Below are positions 42,085 to 52,238 of a DNA stretch of 64,000 bases, piece by piece (the stretch's first letter is position 1; every line of letters starts with the position of its first letter). The translations under genes and the position numbers were made by a program. The DNA comes from an uncultured Alphaproteobacteria bacterium. GTDB lineage: Bacteria > Pseudomonadota > Alphaproteobacteria > HIMB59 > GCA-002718135. The notes under the pieces were generated by a model. The model was given only the letters and a program-made list of their open reading frames with translations, ran no database searches and was not told where the DNA came from. The stretch spans positions 2,217-66,216 of the forward strand of contig CACNPW010000001.1 of assembly GCA_902622475.1 (NCBI GenBank), in the 5' to 3' direction.

Positions 42085-44229
42085 GTGTTTGACCTATCAA
42101 AATTACTTAAATCTATTCATCTATCTAGATTATCTTTTTATTTTTTAATTTTTTTAATCATACTAAGTTTTTCGATTACATTCTATTTAATGCTACCAAA
42201 TAATGATTTAGTAAAAGATCCTAGAAGACTCCAATTTTTTTTATTGGCTGATGTTATTTTTGTCATTTTATTGATTTCAATAATTGTTAGACAAATTGTC
42301 CTTATTTTAGTTAGAAGAAGAAAAAGTTATGATGAATCGCGATTATATATAAAATTTGTTAATTTATTTGCTGCAATGGCTTTGGGTCCAGCCATTGGAT
42401 TAGTTATCATTACATCACTTTTCTTCAATTTAGAGTTAAGAACTTGGTACGGAGATGCTGTAAGAGACGCAGTTGTCAATTCTAACATTGTAGCAAAAAA
42501 TTATGAAAATGAGATTCAGGCAGAAATAGTTTCTGATACACAATTAATAATGAGAGAAATATTAAAAGCTTCTCAAAATAATGAAGTAAATATTCAATCA
42601 ATAAGAGTAGCTTTAAGTGAGTTTATTAATTTGAGAACAATTTCAAGTATCTATATTTTTAATACTGAAGGAAATATTTACTTAAGTTTAAAAGATCCTG
42701 ATAATGAAAATTTTTCTCTTCCGTCAAATGAAATATTTAAAGTTGTTAATCAAAACCAAGTTTACATTTTTCAATTAGATAAAAATTCTATCACTGCCTA
42801 TAAAAAAATAAATTTTTTAAATGATGTTTACATGCAAGTTAATAGAAATTTGAATACAAATATTTGGGATCATATTAGTGCTACAAAAGAGGCATTTGAA
42901 ATTTATACTTTGAAAGAAGAGGAAAGTTCAGGAATTCAAATAACTTATTCAATGATATTTGTTCTTTTCTCCATTTGTTTTATATTAGTGGCAATTTTGA
43001 TTGGGTTTAATTTAGCAAGTAACCTTAGTAAGCCAATTACAAACTTAATCAAATCAGCAAATAAAATATCTGAAGGAAATTTTGATGCTAAAGTTAGTGA
43101 AACAGATCAATTTCAAGAGATTAAAGTATTACTATCGTCTTATAATAAAATGATTTCTGAAATTGAGAATAAACAAAATGAATTAATATCAAAAAGTCAA
43201 GAAGATGAAGAAAAAAGAATTTTTATAGAGGCGATCTTAAGTCTTTTAACAATTGGTGTAATTTCTTTAGATAAAAATTTTAATATTTTGTTATACAATA
43301 AAACTTTAACAAAATTATTTAGAAGCACTAAAAATTTTAAAATTAATGACAATTTTCTATCCTATTTCCCTGAATGGAAAAAGATATTTGAGAATTTTGA
43401 AACTTCAAACAAAGTATTATTAAATTTTCAATACGATTTTACATTGTTTGATGATCAAAGAAATTTTAACATTAGAATTATTAAAGAAATTAATGATAAT
43501 AAAATTGAGGGATATGTTGTTGCTCTAGATGATGCTACATCTCTAATTTTAGCAGAAAAACATGCTGCTTGGTCTGATATTGCGAGAAAGATAGCGCATG
43601 AAGTTAAAAATCCCCTAACCCCAATTAAACTTTCTGCTGAAAGAATAGAAAAGAAATTTTTAGATGCAAAAACAGATAAAGAGGATATTTCACTTTTAAC
43701 TAAAACAATATCAAGACAAGTAGATGATATTGGAAAGTTAGTTGATGAATTTTCATCTTTTGCAAGAATGCCTGAGGCAGAAATCAAGCTTGATAACCTA
43801 TCAAAATGTTTAGAAGAGGCATACCTTCTCTATTTTAATACAAGGAAGGATATAAAGCTTAACTTAATTAAACCTGAAAATGATATTTATTTTCACTTTG
43901 ATGCCCTTCAAATCTCAAGATGTTTTAATAATATAATTAAAAATGCTATTGAAGCTGTGGAAAAAATACCCAATCCTGCAGTCGAAATATTATTAGCTAC
44001 TGATGCGAAAAATATAAAAATTGAAATAAAAGATAATGGTGTGGGAATTGATGAAAAAATGTTGAGTAAAATATTTGAGCCTTATTTTACAACTAAAACA
44101 AAAGGAACCGGTCTTGGTTTATCTATTGTAAAAAGAATTATTGAAGATCATGGTGGTAAAATAAAAATTGAGAAAAATAAAAATATGGCAGGAACAAAAT
44201 CACTAATTAATTTTGAATACAATGCATAA
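42085..44229 (+). CDS. ntrY: Sensor histidine kinase NtrY (GTG start)
   Basis: N-terminal TM helices, HAMP, PAS-like region, H-box IAHEVKNPLTPI, and ATPase G-boxes DNGVGI and GTGLGLSIV. Confidence 0.88.
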   Translation: MFDLSKLLKSIHLSRLSFYFLIFLIILSFSITFYLMLPNNDLVKDPRRLQFFLLADVIFVILLISIIVRQIVLILVRRRKSYDESRLYIKFVNLFAAMALGPAIGLVIITSLFFNLELRTWYGDAVRDAVVNSNIVAKNYENEIQAEIVSDTQLIMREILKASQNNEVNIQSIRVALSEFINLRTISSIYIFNTEGNIYLSLKDPDNENFSLPSNEIFKVVNQNQVYIFQLDKNSITAYKKINFLNDVYMQVNRNLNTNIWDHISATKEAFEIYTLKEEESSGIQITYSMIFVLFSICFILVAILIGFNLASNLSKPITNLIKSANKISEGNFDAKVSETDQFQEIKVLLSSYNKMISEIENKQNELISKSQEDEEKRIFIEAILSLLTIGVISLDKNFNILLYNKTLTKLFRSTKNFKINDNFLSYFPEWKKIFENFETSNKVLLNFQYDFTLFDDQRNFNIRIIKEINDNKIEGYVVALDDATSLILAEKHAAWSDIARKIAHEVKNPLTPIKLSAERIEKKFLDAKTDKEDISLLTKTISRQVDDIGKLVDEFSSFARMPEAEIKLDNLSKCLEEAYLLYFNTRKDIKLNLIKPENDIYFHFDALQISRCFNNIIKNAIEAVEKIPNPAVEILLATDAKNIKIEIKDNGVGIDEKMLSKIFEPYFTTKTKGTGLGLSIVKRIIEDHGGKIKIEKNKNMAGTKSLINFEYNA

Positions 44230-45553
44230 AGTTTTAATTATAGATGATGAAAAAGATATTTGTTTTCTTATTTCAGAAATTTTAAAAGATGAAAATTATA
44301 ATACTTCAATTGCTCTTAATTCAGAAGAAGCAATTACTAAATTCAATCAAATTAAACCTGATTTAGTTATTTTAGATGTATGGTTATCTAACAGTAAATT
44401 AGATGGTATTGAAATTTTAAAAGAATTTAAATCAATTAATAATAATATTCCAATTATTATTATTAGTGGTCATGGTACTGTTGACCTTGCAGTAAAATCT
44501 ATAAAAAATGGAGCATATGACTTTTTAGAAAAGCCATTCAATAGTGATAAATTAATTATCCTTACTAAGAGAGCTATAGAAAGTTCATCATTATTGAATG
44601 AAAATAAAAATTTAAAAGATACCTTAATTCAAACTATACCACTAATAGGAAATTCAGAATTCATTAAAAAAATTAAAAAACATTTAAATGAGCAGAGTTC
44701 AAGTAATTCAAGATTATTAATTGAAGGACCATTTGGAACAGGAAAAAAACATTTTACAAATTTAATACATCAAAATTCACAATATAAAGATAAGCTTCCC
44801 ATATCAATTGATTTTAAAAAACTTACAAATGAAGCATTGGATAATATGTTTGTGGAAAATAAAAACGCAATTAATGAAAATATCTTTTATCGATCAAACA
44901 ATAATTCATTAATACTGCTCAATATTGAAACTCTGCCAAATATTTATCAAAAAAAACTTTTAAATTTTCTAGAAAACAAAAAATTTTTTGAAGATCTTGA
45001 TATTAAATTAAATCATAAAATTATTACAATTACTGAGAAAAATTTAGGAATAGAAATTGAAAAAGGTAATTTTATTAAAAGACTATATGATAGGATTTCA
45101 ACAGACTTTATTAAATTTAAATCTCTCTCTGATAGAAGAGATGATGTTCTTCCTATCCTTGATTTTTATTTAAATGAAAAAAGTGGAGGAAATTTAAATT
45201 TTAAATTTTCTTCTAGAGCTTTAACAAAGTTACAAATGTATGATTGGCCTGGAAATATATCTCAACTAATTAATTACGTAGAGAAAAGTCTGATACTTAA
45301 CCAAGATCAAAATATAAAAGAGTTAGAGGTTGATGATTTAGCTTTACAGATGGGAGATGAAACTGCGTCAAATTCTTCCAATAATTCACTGGATTTATCT
45401 TTAAAAGAAGCAAGATCCGAGTTTGAAAAAAATTATTTAATATCGCAAATTAAGAGATTTAATGGTAATATAACAAAGGTTTCTGAATTTACAGGAATGG
45501 AAAGAACTGCTCTTTATAGAAAATTTAAATCACTAGACATTAAAGTAGAATAA
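44222..45553 (+). CDS. ntrX: Response regulator NtrX (receiver + degenerate AAA+ + HTH)
   Basis: Receiver domain (VLIIDDE...ILDVWL). Walker A-like GPFGTGKK. C-terminal Fis-type HTH (GNITKVSEFTGMERTALYRKFK). Confidence 0.85.
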   Translation: MHKVLIIDDEKDICFLISEILKDENYNTSIALNSEEAITKFNQIKPDLVILDVWLSNSKLDGIEILKEFKSINNNIPIIIISGHGTVDLAVKSIKNGAYDFLEKPFNSDKLIILTKRAIESSSLLNENKNLKDTLIQTIPLIGNSEFIKKIKKHLNEQSSSNSRLLIEGPFGTGKKHFTNLIHQNSQYKDKLPISIDFKKLTNEALDNMFVENKNAINENIFYRSNNNSLILLNIETLPNIYQKKLLNFLENKKFFEDLDIKLNHKIITITEKNLGIEIEKGNFIKRLYDRISTDFIKFKSLSDRRDDVLPILDFYLNEKSGGNLNFKFSSRALTKLQMYDWPGNISQLINYVEKSLILNQDQNIKELEVDDLALQMGDETASNSSNNSLDLSLKEARSEFEKNYLISQIKRFNGNITKVSEFTGMERTALYRKFKSLDIKVE

Positions 45554-45560
45554 CTAATCA

Positions 45561-46925
45561 ATGAAAACAATTATTTGTGGAGCTGGGGATGTTGGATATA
45601 GCATAGCCGATAAACTATCACGCGAAAACTTTGAAGTTACAGTTATCGATGAAGATGAAAATAGATTAAGTAAAGTGTCTGAAACGTTGGATGTCAAAAC
45701 AATAAATGGTATTCCTAGTATGCCATCAGTTTTAGAGAGCGCCGGTGCAAAAGACTGTGAAATACTAATTGCAGTTACTAAGAGTGATGAAACTAATATG
45801 GTTACTTGTCAAATTGGTCACTCTTTATTTAAAATAAAAAAGAAAATTGCAAGAATAAGACAACAAGATTATTTAAAAAATGATTGGAAAAATTTATATA
45901 ATGATGAAAATTTTCCAATAGATGCAATTATTTCTCCCGAACAAGAAGTTGCTAAGGGTATATTTAGAAGATTAATTTCTCCTGGAACAATAGATATGGT
46001 TGAATTATCAGATAAAAAATTGAAATTAATTGGATTAAAATGTGAGGATAATTTTTCACATTCAGGTCTATCTGTAAGAGAATTATCAGAAAAATTTCCT
46101 AACTATTTAGCTAACATAATGTTTATATTTAGAGGTGATAAAAAATTTACAGTAAATTCTTCAACTAAAATTGAAAAGAAAGATACCATCTTTCTGGTTG
46201 TGGAAACTGATAATTTGACAGACGTGTTATCTGAATTTGGTCATCAAGAATTGCAGGCAAAAAAAGCTGTGATTATCGGTGGTGGAAATATAGGATTTTC
46301 ACTTGCACAATTAATTGAAAATTCTGAAACATATATAAAAACTGAACTCATTGAAGCCAATAAAGTACGTGCAGAATTTCTTGCATCAAATTTAGAAAAT
46401 ATCACAGTGACATGTGGAGATGGTTTGGACAATCAGATACTTGAAGAGGTAAACATATCAGATTCAGGATACTGTATATCAATTACAGAAGACGATGAAG
46501 TTAATATACTATCATCCTTATTAGCTAAAAGAGCAGGAGCTGATACATCAATAACTTTGATTAATAACAGTAATTATTCATCTTTGTTATCTAATATAGG
46601 TGTTGATATGACCATAGATCCAAAAATAATAACAATTTCTAAAATTTTAGAAAAAGTAAGAGGTGTAAAAATACGAAACGATTATTCTATAGGTGAAGGT
46701 TTTGGAGAAGTAATAGAGGCAGATATTCAGTCAGAATCATTTCTTTGTAATAAAAACCTCAAAGAATTAGAATTACCAAAAGGTATACGTATTGGCTCTA
46801 TTGTTAGGGATAAAAAAATTATAATCCCTAATAGTCAAACTATTTTTAAAGAAAATGATGATGTTGTTTTTTTTGCTGAAACAAACTGCATAAAAAAACT
46901 TGAAAAACTTTTATCAAAAGTTTAA
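45561..46925 (+). CDS. trkA: Trk potassium uptake system protein TrkA
   Basis: Two tandem RCK/NAD-binding halves (ICGAGDVG and IIGGGNIG). Confidence 0.9.
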   Translation: MKTIICGAGDVGYSIADKLSRENFEVTVIDEDENRLSKVSETLDVKTINGIPSMPSVLESAGAKDCEILIAVTKSDETNMVTCQIGHSLFKIKKKIARIRQQDYLKNDWKNLYNDENFPIDAIISPEQEVAKGIFRRLISPGTIDMVELSDKKLKLIGLKCEDNFSHSGLSVRELSEKFPNYLANIMFIFRGDKKFTVNSSTKIEKKDTIFLVVETDNLTDVLSEFGHQELQAKKAVIIGGGNIGFSLAQLIENSETYIKTELIEANKVRAEFLASNLENITVTCGDGLDNQILEEVNISDSGYCISITEDDEVNILSSLLAKRAGADTSITLINNSNYSSLLSNIGVDMTIDPKIITISKILEKVRGVKIRNDYSIGEGFGEVIEADIQSESFLCNKNLKELELPKGIRIGSIVRDKKIIIPNSQTIFKENDDVVFFAETNCIKKLEKLLSKV

Positions 46926-46929
46926 TTTA

Positions 46930-47775
46930 ATGCCTAATTTTGCTTATATAAATAACAAATTTGTAAATTTTAAATCAGCAAAAATTCATATAGAGGATAG
47001 AGGATTACAATTTGCAGATAGTGTTTATGAAGTTATCGCAGTTTTAGATAATAATTTAATTGATTTAGATTTTCATCTTAAGAGATTAAAATATTCTCTT
47101 CGTGAATTAGATATTAAATTTACAATCAATAAAAAAAAACTAACCAATATTTTTCTAAATCTAATAAAGAAAAATAAAACAAGAAATGGTATAATTTATT
47201 TACAAATTACAAGAGGTATTCAATTTAGAGAACACAAATATCATAAAAATTTAATTCCAACTTTGATTGTATATACAAGAAATAAAAGTTTTAATTTACC
47301 TGGAAAAAAATTTGTAGGAGTAAAAGCAATTACATACCAAGACCTTCGATGGAAAAGACGTGATATTAAAACAGTAAATTTACTTCCAAATATTATAGCT
47401 GCAAATATGGCCAAAAAGAAAAACGCATATGAGGCAATTTTAATACAAAATGGAAAAGTAACTGAGGGCACATCTTCTAATATTTGGATTATAAAAAGAA
47501 ATAATTTAATAACTCATCCAGCTAATTCCGATATTTTAAAAGGAGTAACTAGAACATCTCTTCTTAAAATTATAAAAAAAACCAGCCTTAAACTAATAGA
47601 AAAACAATTTACCCATAAGCAATTAATTAATGCTGACGAAGTATTTTTAACAAGTTCTGGGAGTTTTATTACTCCTATTCTAAAAATTGATAATAAAAAA
47701 ATAAATAATGGTAAAATTGGCTATATCACACTGAAACTAGCAGAAATGTATACTGAAGCATGTATAAATGGATAA
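46930..47775 (+). CDS. Class IV (D-amino-acid / branched-chain) aminotransferase
   Basis: RGLQFADSVYEV, EGTSSNIWIIK and ILKGVTR motifs. I preferred ATG 46930 over 46900. Confidence 0.85.
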   Translation: MPNFAYINNKFVNFKSAKIHIEDRGLQFADSVYEVIAVLDNNLIDLDFHLKRLKYSLRELDIKFTINKKKLTNIFLNLIKKNKTRNGIIYLQITRGIQFREHKYHKNLIPTLIVYTRNKSFNLPGKKFVGVKAITYQDLRWKRRDIKTVNLLPNIIAANMAKKKNAYEAILIQNGKVTEGTSSNIWIIKRNNLITHPANSDILKGVTRTSLLKIIKKTSLKLIEKQFTHKQLINADEVFLTSSGSFITPILKIDNKKINNGKIGYITLKLAEMYTEACING

Positions 47776-48571
47776 TATAAAGCAAGAGGACATTGAAGAC
47801 ATTTGTTTTAATGTAAGTCAAAATATTATCTTGCCAAAATATAAAAATTTATCAGAGGATGAAATTAATTATAAAAATGGATCTGATTTGGTAACAGCAG
47901 CTGATATTGAAGCAGAAAAAGAATTAAAAAAAAATCTCTTGAAAATTTTACCTACTTCAAATTTTATAGGTGAAGAGGAATATTCTAAAAATCAAAATAT
48001 ATTAAATTTTTATAACGAAGATGAATATTGTTGGACTGTTGATCCAATAGATGGGACAACAAATTTCACTAATGGTAGAGATAAATTTGCAATTATGATA
48101 GCTCTAACATTTAAAGAAAAAATTTTACGTTCTTGGATTTATAAGCCATTAGAAAAAATTATGTGTTCAGCAATTGTAAATGAGGGTGCTTATATTAATA
48201 ATAATAAAATTATTACAAAAGGTGAAAATATAATTGAAGAGACTATAGGATCAATAAGCACAAAGTATTGGGAACCAGGATTTAAAGATAAGTTAAAGAA
48301 ATTCAAAAACATATTTAAGGAAGTTAATTCTTATAGATGCATTGGTTTTGAATATATAGATATAGGTATTGGAATTAGAAATTTTGCTATTTTATCTAAA
48401 CTATCTCCCTGGGATCATATTCCAGGTATTCTTTTTATCAGGGAAGCAGGTGGTGCCGACATAGATTTTGCTAAAAATAAATATGACTTTACAAAAAAGA
48501 ATAAGAATTTAATTGTAAGTAATTCAGAAGATTTGAATTTAAAAATTTTAGAAAAATTAGGAGAATATTAA
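47768..48571 (+). CDS. Inositol monophosphatase-family phosphatase
   Basis: WTVDPIDGTTNF metal-binding motif and SPWDHIPG. Confidence 0.85.
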   Translation: MDNIKQEDIEDICFNVSQNIILPKYKNLSEDEINYKNGSDLVTAADIEAEKELKKNLLKILPTSNFIGEEEYSKNQNILNFYNEDEYCWTVDPIDGTTNFTNGRDKFAIMIALTFKEKILRSWIYKPLEKIMCSAIVNEGAYINNNKIITKGENIIEETIGSISTKYWEPGFKDKLKKFKNIFKEVNSYRCIGFEYIDIGIGIRNFAILSKLSPWDHIPGILFIREAGGADIDFAKNKYDFTKKNKNLIVSNSEDLNLKILEKLGEY

Positions 48572-49443
48572 TGAGTATTAAAAATGTTTCTTTTATTGGC
48601 TTAGGAGTAATGGGTTATCCAATGGCAGGTCATCTTCAAAACAAAGGTTATAATGTAACTGTATATAATAGAACAACTGCTAAAGCAGAAAAATGGGTAG
48701 AAGAATATAAAGGTATCATTGCTAAAACTCCTGGTGAAGCTTCTCAAAATTCTGAAATTGTTTTTATGTGTGTTGGACGCGATGAAGATATTATTGAAGT
48801 AATGGAAGGTGAGGATGGAATTCTTTCAAAAGTAACTGAAGGATCAATAATTGTTGATCACACAACAGCTTCCGCAGAGATAGCAAGAAATTATTATCAA
48901 AAACTTAAAGATAAAAAATTGAGTTTTCTTGATGCCCCTGTATCTGGCGGTCAAGCAGGTGCAGAAAATGGTGTTCTTTCTATTATGATTGGCGGCGATG
49001 AAAAAGATTATAATACTGTTAAACCAGTTCTCACATCTTATGGAAAAGCAGTTGAACTTATAGGTCCATCTGGATCAGGTCAAATAGCTAAAATGATAAA
49101 TCAAATTTGTATTGCGGGATTAGTTCAAAGTTTATCTGAAGCAATGGCTTTTGGAAAAAAATCCAATGTAGACATGGAAAAAGTTCTTAGCGTAATATCC
49201 AAAGGCGCAGCACAATCATGGCAAATGGAAAATAGATATAGAACTATGCTTGATGGAAAGTTTGATTACGGTTTTGCCGTAGATTGGATGCGTAAGGATT
49301 TATCAATTTGTTTTAATGAAGCTAATAAAAACGGTGCCAACCTTCCTATTACAAAAATAGTTGATAAATATTATGAAGAAGTTCAAAACAATGGTGGTAA
49401 TAGATTTGACACGTCATCTTTAATGACGCTAGTTGATAAATAG
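48571..49443 (+). CDS. NAD(P)-dependent beta-hydroxyacid dehydrogenase (3-hydroxyisobutyrate dehydrogenase family)
   Basis: FIGLGVMGYPMAGHL Rossmann motif, DAPVSGG and GSGQIAKMINQ. Confidence 0.88.
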   Translation: MSIKNVSFIGLGVMGYPMAGHLQNKGYNVTVYNRTTAKAEKWVEEYKGIIAKTPGEASQNSEIVFMCVGRDEDIIEVMEGEDGILSKVTEGSIIVDHTTASAEIARNYYQKLKDKKLSFLDAPVSGGQAGAENGVLSIMIGGDEKDYNTVKPVLTSYGKAVELIGPSGSGQIAKMINQICIAGLVQSLSEAMAFGKKSNVDMEKVLSVISKGAAQSWQMENRYRTMLDGKFDYGFAVDWMRKDLSICFNEANKNGANLPITKIVDKYYEEVQNNGGNRFDTSSLMTLVDK

Positions 49444-50360
49444 TGGTAAATAAATATTTATTAGCTTTTATTTTATTAATTGCCTCCTCTTTTTTTTGGT
49501 CTGGAAATTTTTTCGCTGGTAAAATTGCATATAATACAGACTTGTCTCCATTTAAATTAAGTTTTTTTCGATGGACTTTAGCTTTTATTATACTTTTACC
49601 TTTTACGTATAAGGAGATAAAAAAAAATTTAAAATATTATAAAGAAAATTTTTTATTAATTAGTTTGATTGCATTTCTTGGTGTAACAATCTTTAATTCG
49701 TTTACTTACATATCTTTACAAACAACACTTGTAATTAATTCCGCTTTAATGAATTCTGTGACACCAGTTCTAATAATTGGTTTCTCATGGTTAATATTTA
49801 AAACAAAGACAAGTTTACTTCAATTTATTGGAATATTTTTATCAGTTATTGGTGCATTTTGTATAATTTTAAAAGGGAATTTAAATAATCTTTATTCTTT
49901 TCAATTTACAAGTGGTGATATTTGGATGTTTATTGCTGCACTATCATGGTGTGTATATTCAGTACTATTAAGAAAAATTGATAAAAATCTATCCCAACTT
50001 GCAACTTTAGAAGTGCTTATATTCGTTGGTTTAATTTTTCTCATACCTTTATATTTATTAGAATCTTCAAATTCTACTTTTATTCCTGATAATAGCACTG
50101 ATTACTTGATAATTATTTATGTGGCTATATTTGCAAGTATTGTTTCTTTTTTTTCATGGAATATGGGAGTTTCAATTGTAGGTGCTAACAGAGCTGGATT
50201 ATTTTTACACTTAATACCTGTATTTAGTTCAATTTGGGCAATAAGTTTTTTAGGAGAACAATTTGCTTTATTTCATTTAATTGGAACTATATTTATATTA
50301 TTGGGAATAATACTCTCAAACTTAAATTTTAAATATGTCAAAAATAATCAAAACAGATAA
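49443..50360 (+). CDS. DMT-superfamily (EamA-like) transporter (GTG start)
   Basis: About 10 TM helices in two EamA repeats. Confidence 0.85.
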   Translation: MVNKYLLAFILLIASSFFWSGNFFAGKIAYNTDLSPFKLSFFRWTLAFIILLPFTYKEIKKNLKYYKENFLLISLIAFLGVTIFNSFTYISLQTTLVINSALMNSVTPVLIIGFSWLIFKTKTSLLQFIGIFLSVIGAFCIILKGNLNNLYSFQFTSGDIWMFIAALSWCVYSVLLRKIDKNLSQLATLEVLIFVGLIFLIPLYLLESSNSTFIPDNSTDYLIIIYVAIFASIVSFFSWNMGVSIVGANRAGLFLHLIPVFSSIWAISFLGEQFALFHLIGTIFILLGIILSNLNFKYVKNNQNR

Positions 50361-50730
50361 AGAATGGAAATCTCTTCTAACAGAGGATGAATATTATATA
50401 ACAAGACAAAAGGGAACAGAACCTCCTTTCTCTGGTAAAAATTTTGAAATTATTAATGGTGGTATTTTTAAATGTAAATGCTGTGGTAATGAATTATTTA
50501 ATAGTTCAACGAAATATGATTCTTATTGTGGATGGCCAAGTTTTTTTGAACAAATATCTCCTGAAGCAATTAAAACTGAAACTGATAGATCGCATGGGAT
50601 GGTGCGTATCGAAATTATGTGTGCCAAATGTGATGCCCATTTAGGTCATGTCTTTGATGACGGTCCTGAGCCTACAGGCAAAAGATACTGTGTAAATTCT
50701 CTTTCTATTAATTACGAAGAGTTTGAATAA
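50335..50730 (+). CDS. msrB: Peptide-methionine (R)-S-oxide reductase
   Basis: CxxC pairs CKCC...CAKC, GWPSF, and GHVFDDGP...RYCVNS. Confidence 0.95.
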   Translation: MSKIIKTDKEWKSLLTEDEYYITRQKGTEPPFSGKNFEIINGGIFKCKCCGNELFNSSTKYDSYCGWPSFFEQISPEAIKTETDRSHGMVRIEIMCAKCDAHLGHVFDDGPEPTGKRYCVNSLSINYEEFE

Positions 50731-51904
50731 TACTTTTAATACACTCCTATTTTCATCAATAGGTCATGCGCTCATGCATATGTTTGCAGCATTTTATTTT
50801 GTAATTGTTCTAACTATAGAAAAAGAATGGAATATTTCCTATGATCAATTAATAAGACTATGGTCTCTTGGAGCCCTACTAATTGGTTTAGGGGCAATTC
50901 CTTTTGGGTGGTTAAGTGATAAATGGTCTCGTTCAGGAACAATGACAATTATGTTTATTGGAATGGGATTGGCTTCAATATTATGTGGTTTAAGCACATC
51001 AGTTTCTTTTTTATTTTTTTCATTATCACTTCTTGGACTTTTCTGTTCAATCTATCATCCTGTTGGTATTCCATGGGTAATTCATGCAGCTAACAAACAA
51101 GGAAGAGCTCTTGGAGTAAATGGTATTTTTGGTGGAGTAGGAATAGGATCCGGCGCATTTGTAGCTGGCACTCTAACGGAATTACTAACTTGGCAACTAG
51201 CTTTTATATTACCTGGTTTGATATCTATTGTTATAGGATTTTATCTTATCTACTTAATTTTAATTAATAAAATATCTTATAAAAATTATTTTATTAAAAA
51301 TGATGATCAAGTTCATTCTCGTAATGAAATGATTTTAATTGCATTAATAATGCTTTTATCAATGTTTGCTCTTGGATTATCTTTTCATAATACACAAACA
51401 GCATTACCTAAAGTTTTTGAAATACGAATTGGCAATATAAACTCAATTCAAATTGGATTTATGATAGCAATTATTTATTTTATTTCTGGTGCTACAACAT
51501 TTGTTGGAGGATTACTTGCTGATCGTTTTAATCTAAAAACTATTTATTTAATTGGTATTTTTCTTCAGTTTCCTTGCTACCTAGGTATAGCTTACATATT
51601 TGGTTACTCTTTAGTAGTGTTATGTATTCTTGCTGCCGTATTTAATGCAAGTATTCTTCCTACAGAAAACCTCTTACTTGGAAGATTTACACCTCAAAAG
51701 TATCATGGTGTAGTATATGGAATTAAGTTTATTCTTGCATTTGGATCGGGACCAATTTCGGTATTTTTAATTTCAGAAATTTACTCCATAACTTTAGAGT
51801 TTACTTATTTGTTTTTAATTAATGCAATAATGATGGCTATAGTTTCAGTTTTTATTATTTTTTTACCCATTCAAAGTAATCAAAGAATAGCTACTCAGGA
51901 TTAG
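50723..51904 (+). CDS. MFS transporter (TTG start)
   Basis: About 12 TM helices and a LSDKWSR-type loop motif. Confidence 0.85.
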   Translation: MNNTFNTLLFSSIGHALMHMFAAFYFVIVLTIEKEWNISYDQLIRLWSLGALLIGLGAIPFGWLSDKWSRSGTMTIMFIGMGLASILCGLSTSVSFLFFSLSLLGLFCSIYHPVGIPWVIHAANKQGRALGVNGIFGGVGIGSGAFVAGTLTELLTWQLAFILPGLISIVIGFYLIYLILINKISYKNYFIKNDDQVHSRNEMILIALIMLLSMFALGLSFHNTQTALPKVFEIRIGNINSIQIGFMIAIIYFISGATTFVGGLLADRFNLKTIYLIGIFLQFPCYLGIAYIFGYSLVVLCILAAVFNASILPTENLLLGRFTPQKYHGVVYGIKFILAFGSGPISVFLISEIYSITLEFTYLFLINAIMMAIVSVFIIFLPIQSNQRIATQD

Positions 51905-52118
51905 ATTTTATTTCTTCAAGATAATTAATAACATCATTAAATTTTTCATCAGGTATATTTTTATAAGACATGCCAAAATGATTTTTTACTTCTAATGCAA
52001 CATGAGCATAAGGATTTCTCCCTTTTGGATGATTTGGATGATCTGGCAATTTCCCTTTTAAAAAATCTCCTGTTTTTTGGATTTCTTTCCATATTATTTT
52101 TGCATTATTTACATTCAT
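51891..52118 (-). CDS. Hypothetical 75-aa protein with ORF6C-like C-terminal motif
   Basis: Not low-complexity and does not shadow another gene. The C terminus VKNHFGMSYKNIPDEKFNDVINYLEEI recalls the phage ORF6C motif (FGV-SYKDIP...F..A..fl). Confidence 0.5.
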   Translation of the reverse strand: MNVNNAKIIWKEIQKTGDFLKGKLPDHPNHPKGRNPYAHVALEVKNHFGMSYKNIPDEKFNDVINYLEEIKSNPE

Positions 52119-52238
52119 ATTGATACAAATTCCCTAATAAATTGACATTTTTTATTAAATATTATTCTTACTTATTTAAGTATATTTTTAATAACAAAAT
52201 AATTGCAATTTTTTTTATTATTATTAAATAATTTAGAT

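Noticed and set aside
43455-50644. Small nested ORFs opposite or within ntrY, trkA, the aminotransferase, the EamA transporter and msrB
   Set aside because: They are nested and lack motifs, consistent with chance.
52142-52147. TTGACA hexamer in the spacer between the 75-aa ORF and the desaturase gene, a possible -35
   Set aside because: No acceptable -10 hexamer lies at 15-19 nt spacing (TTCTTA or ATTCTT at best).
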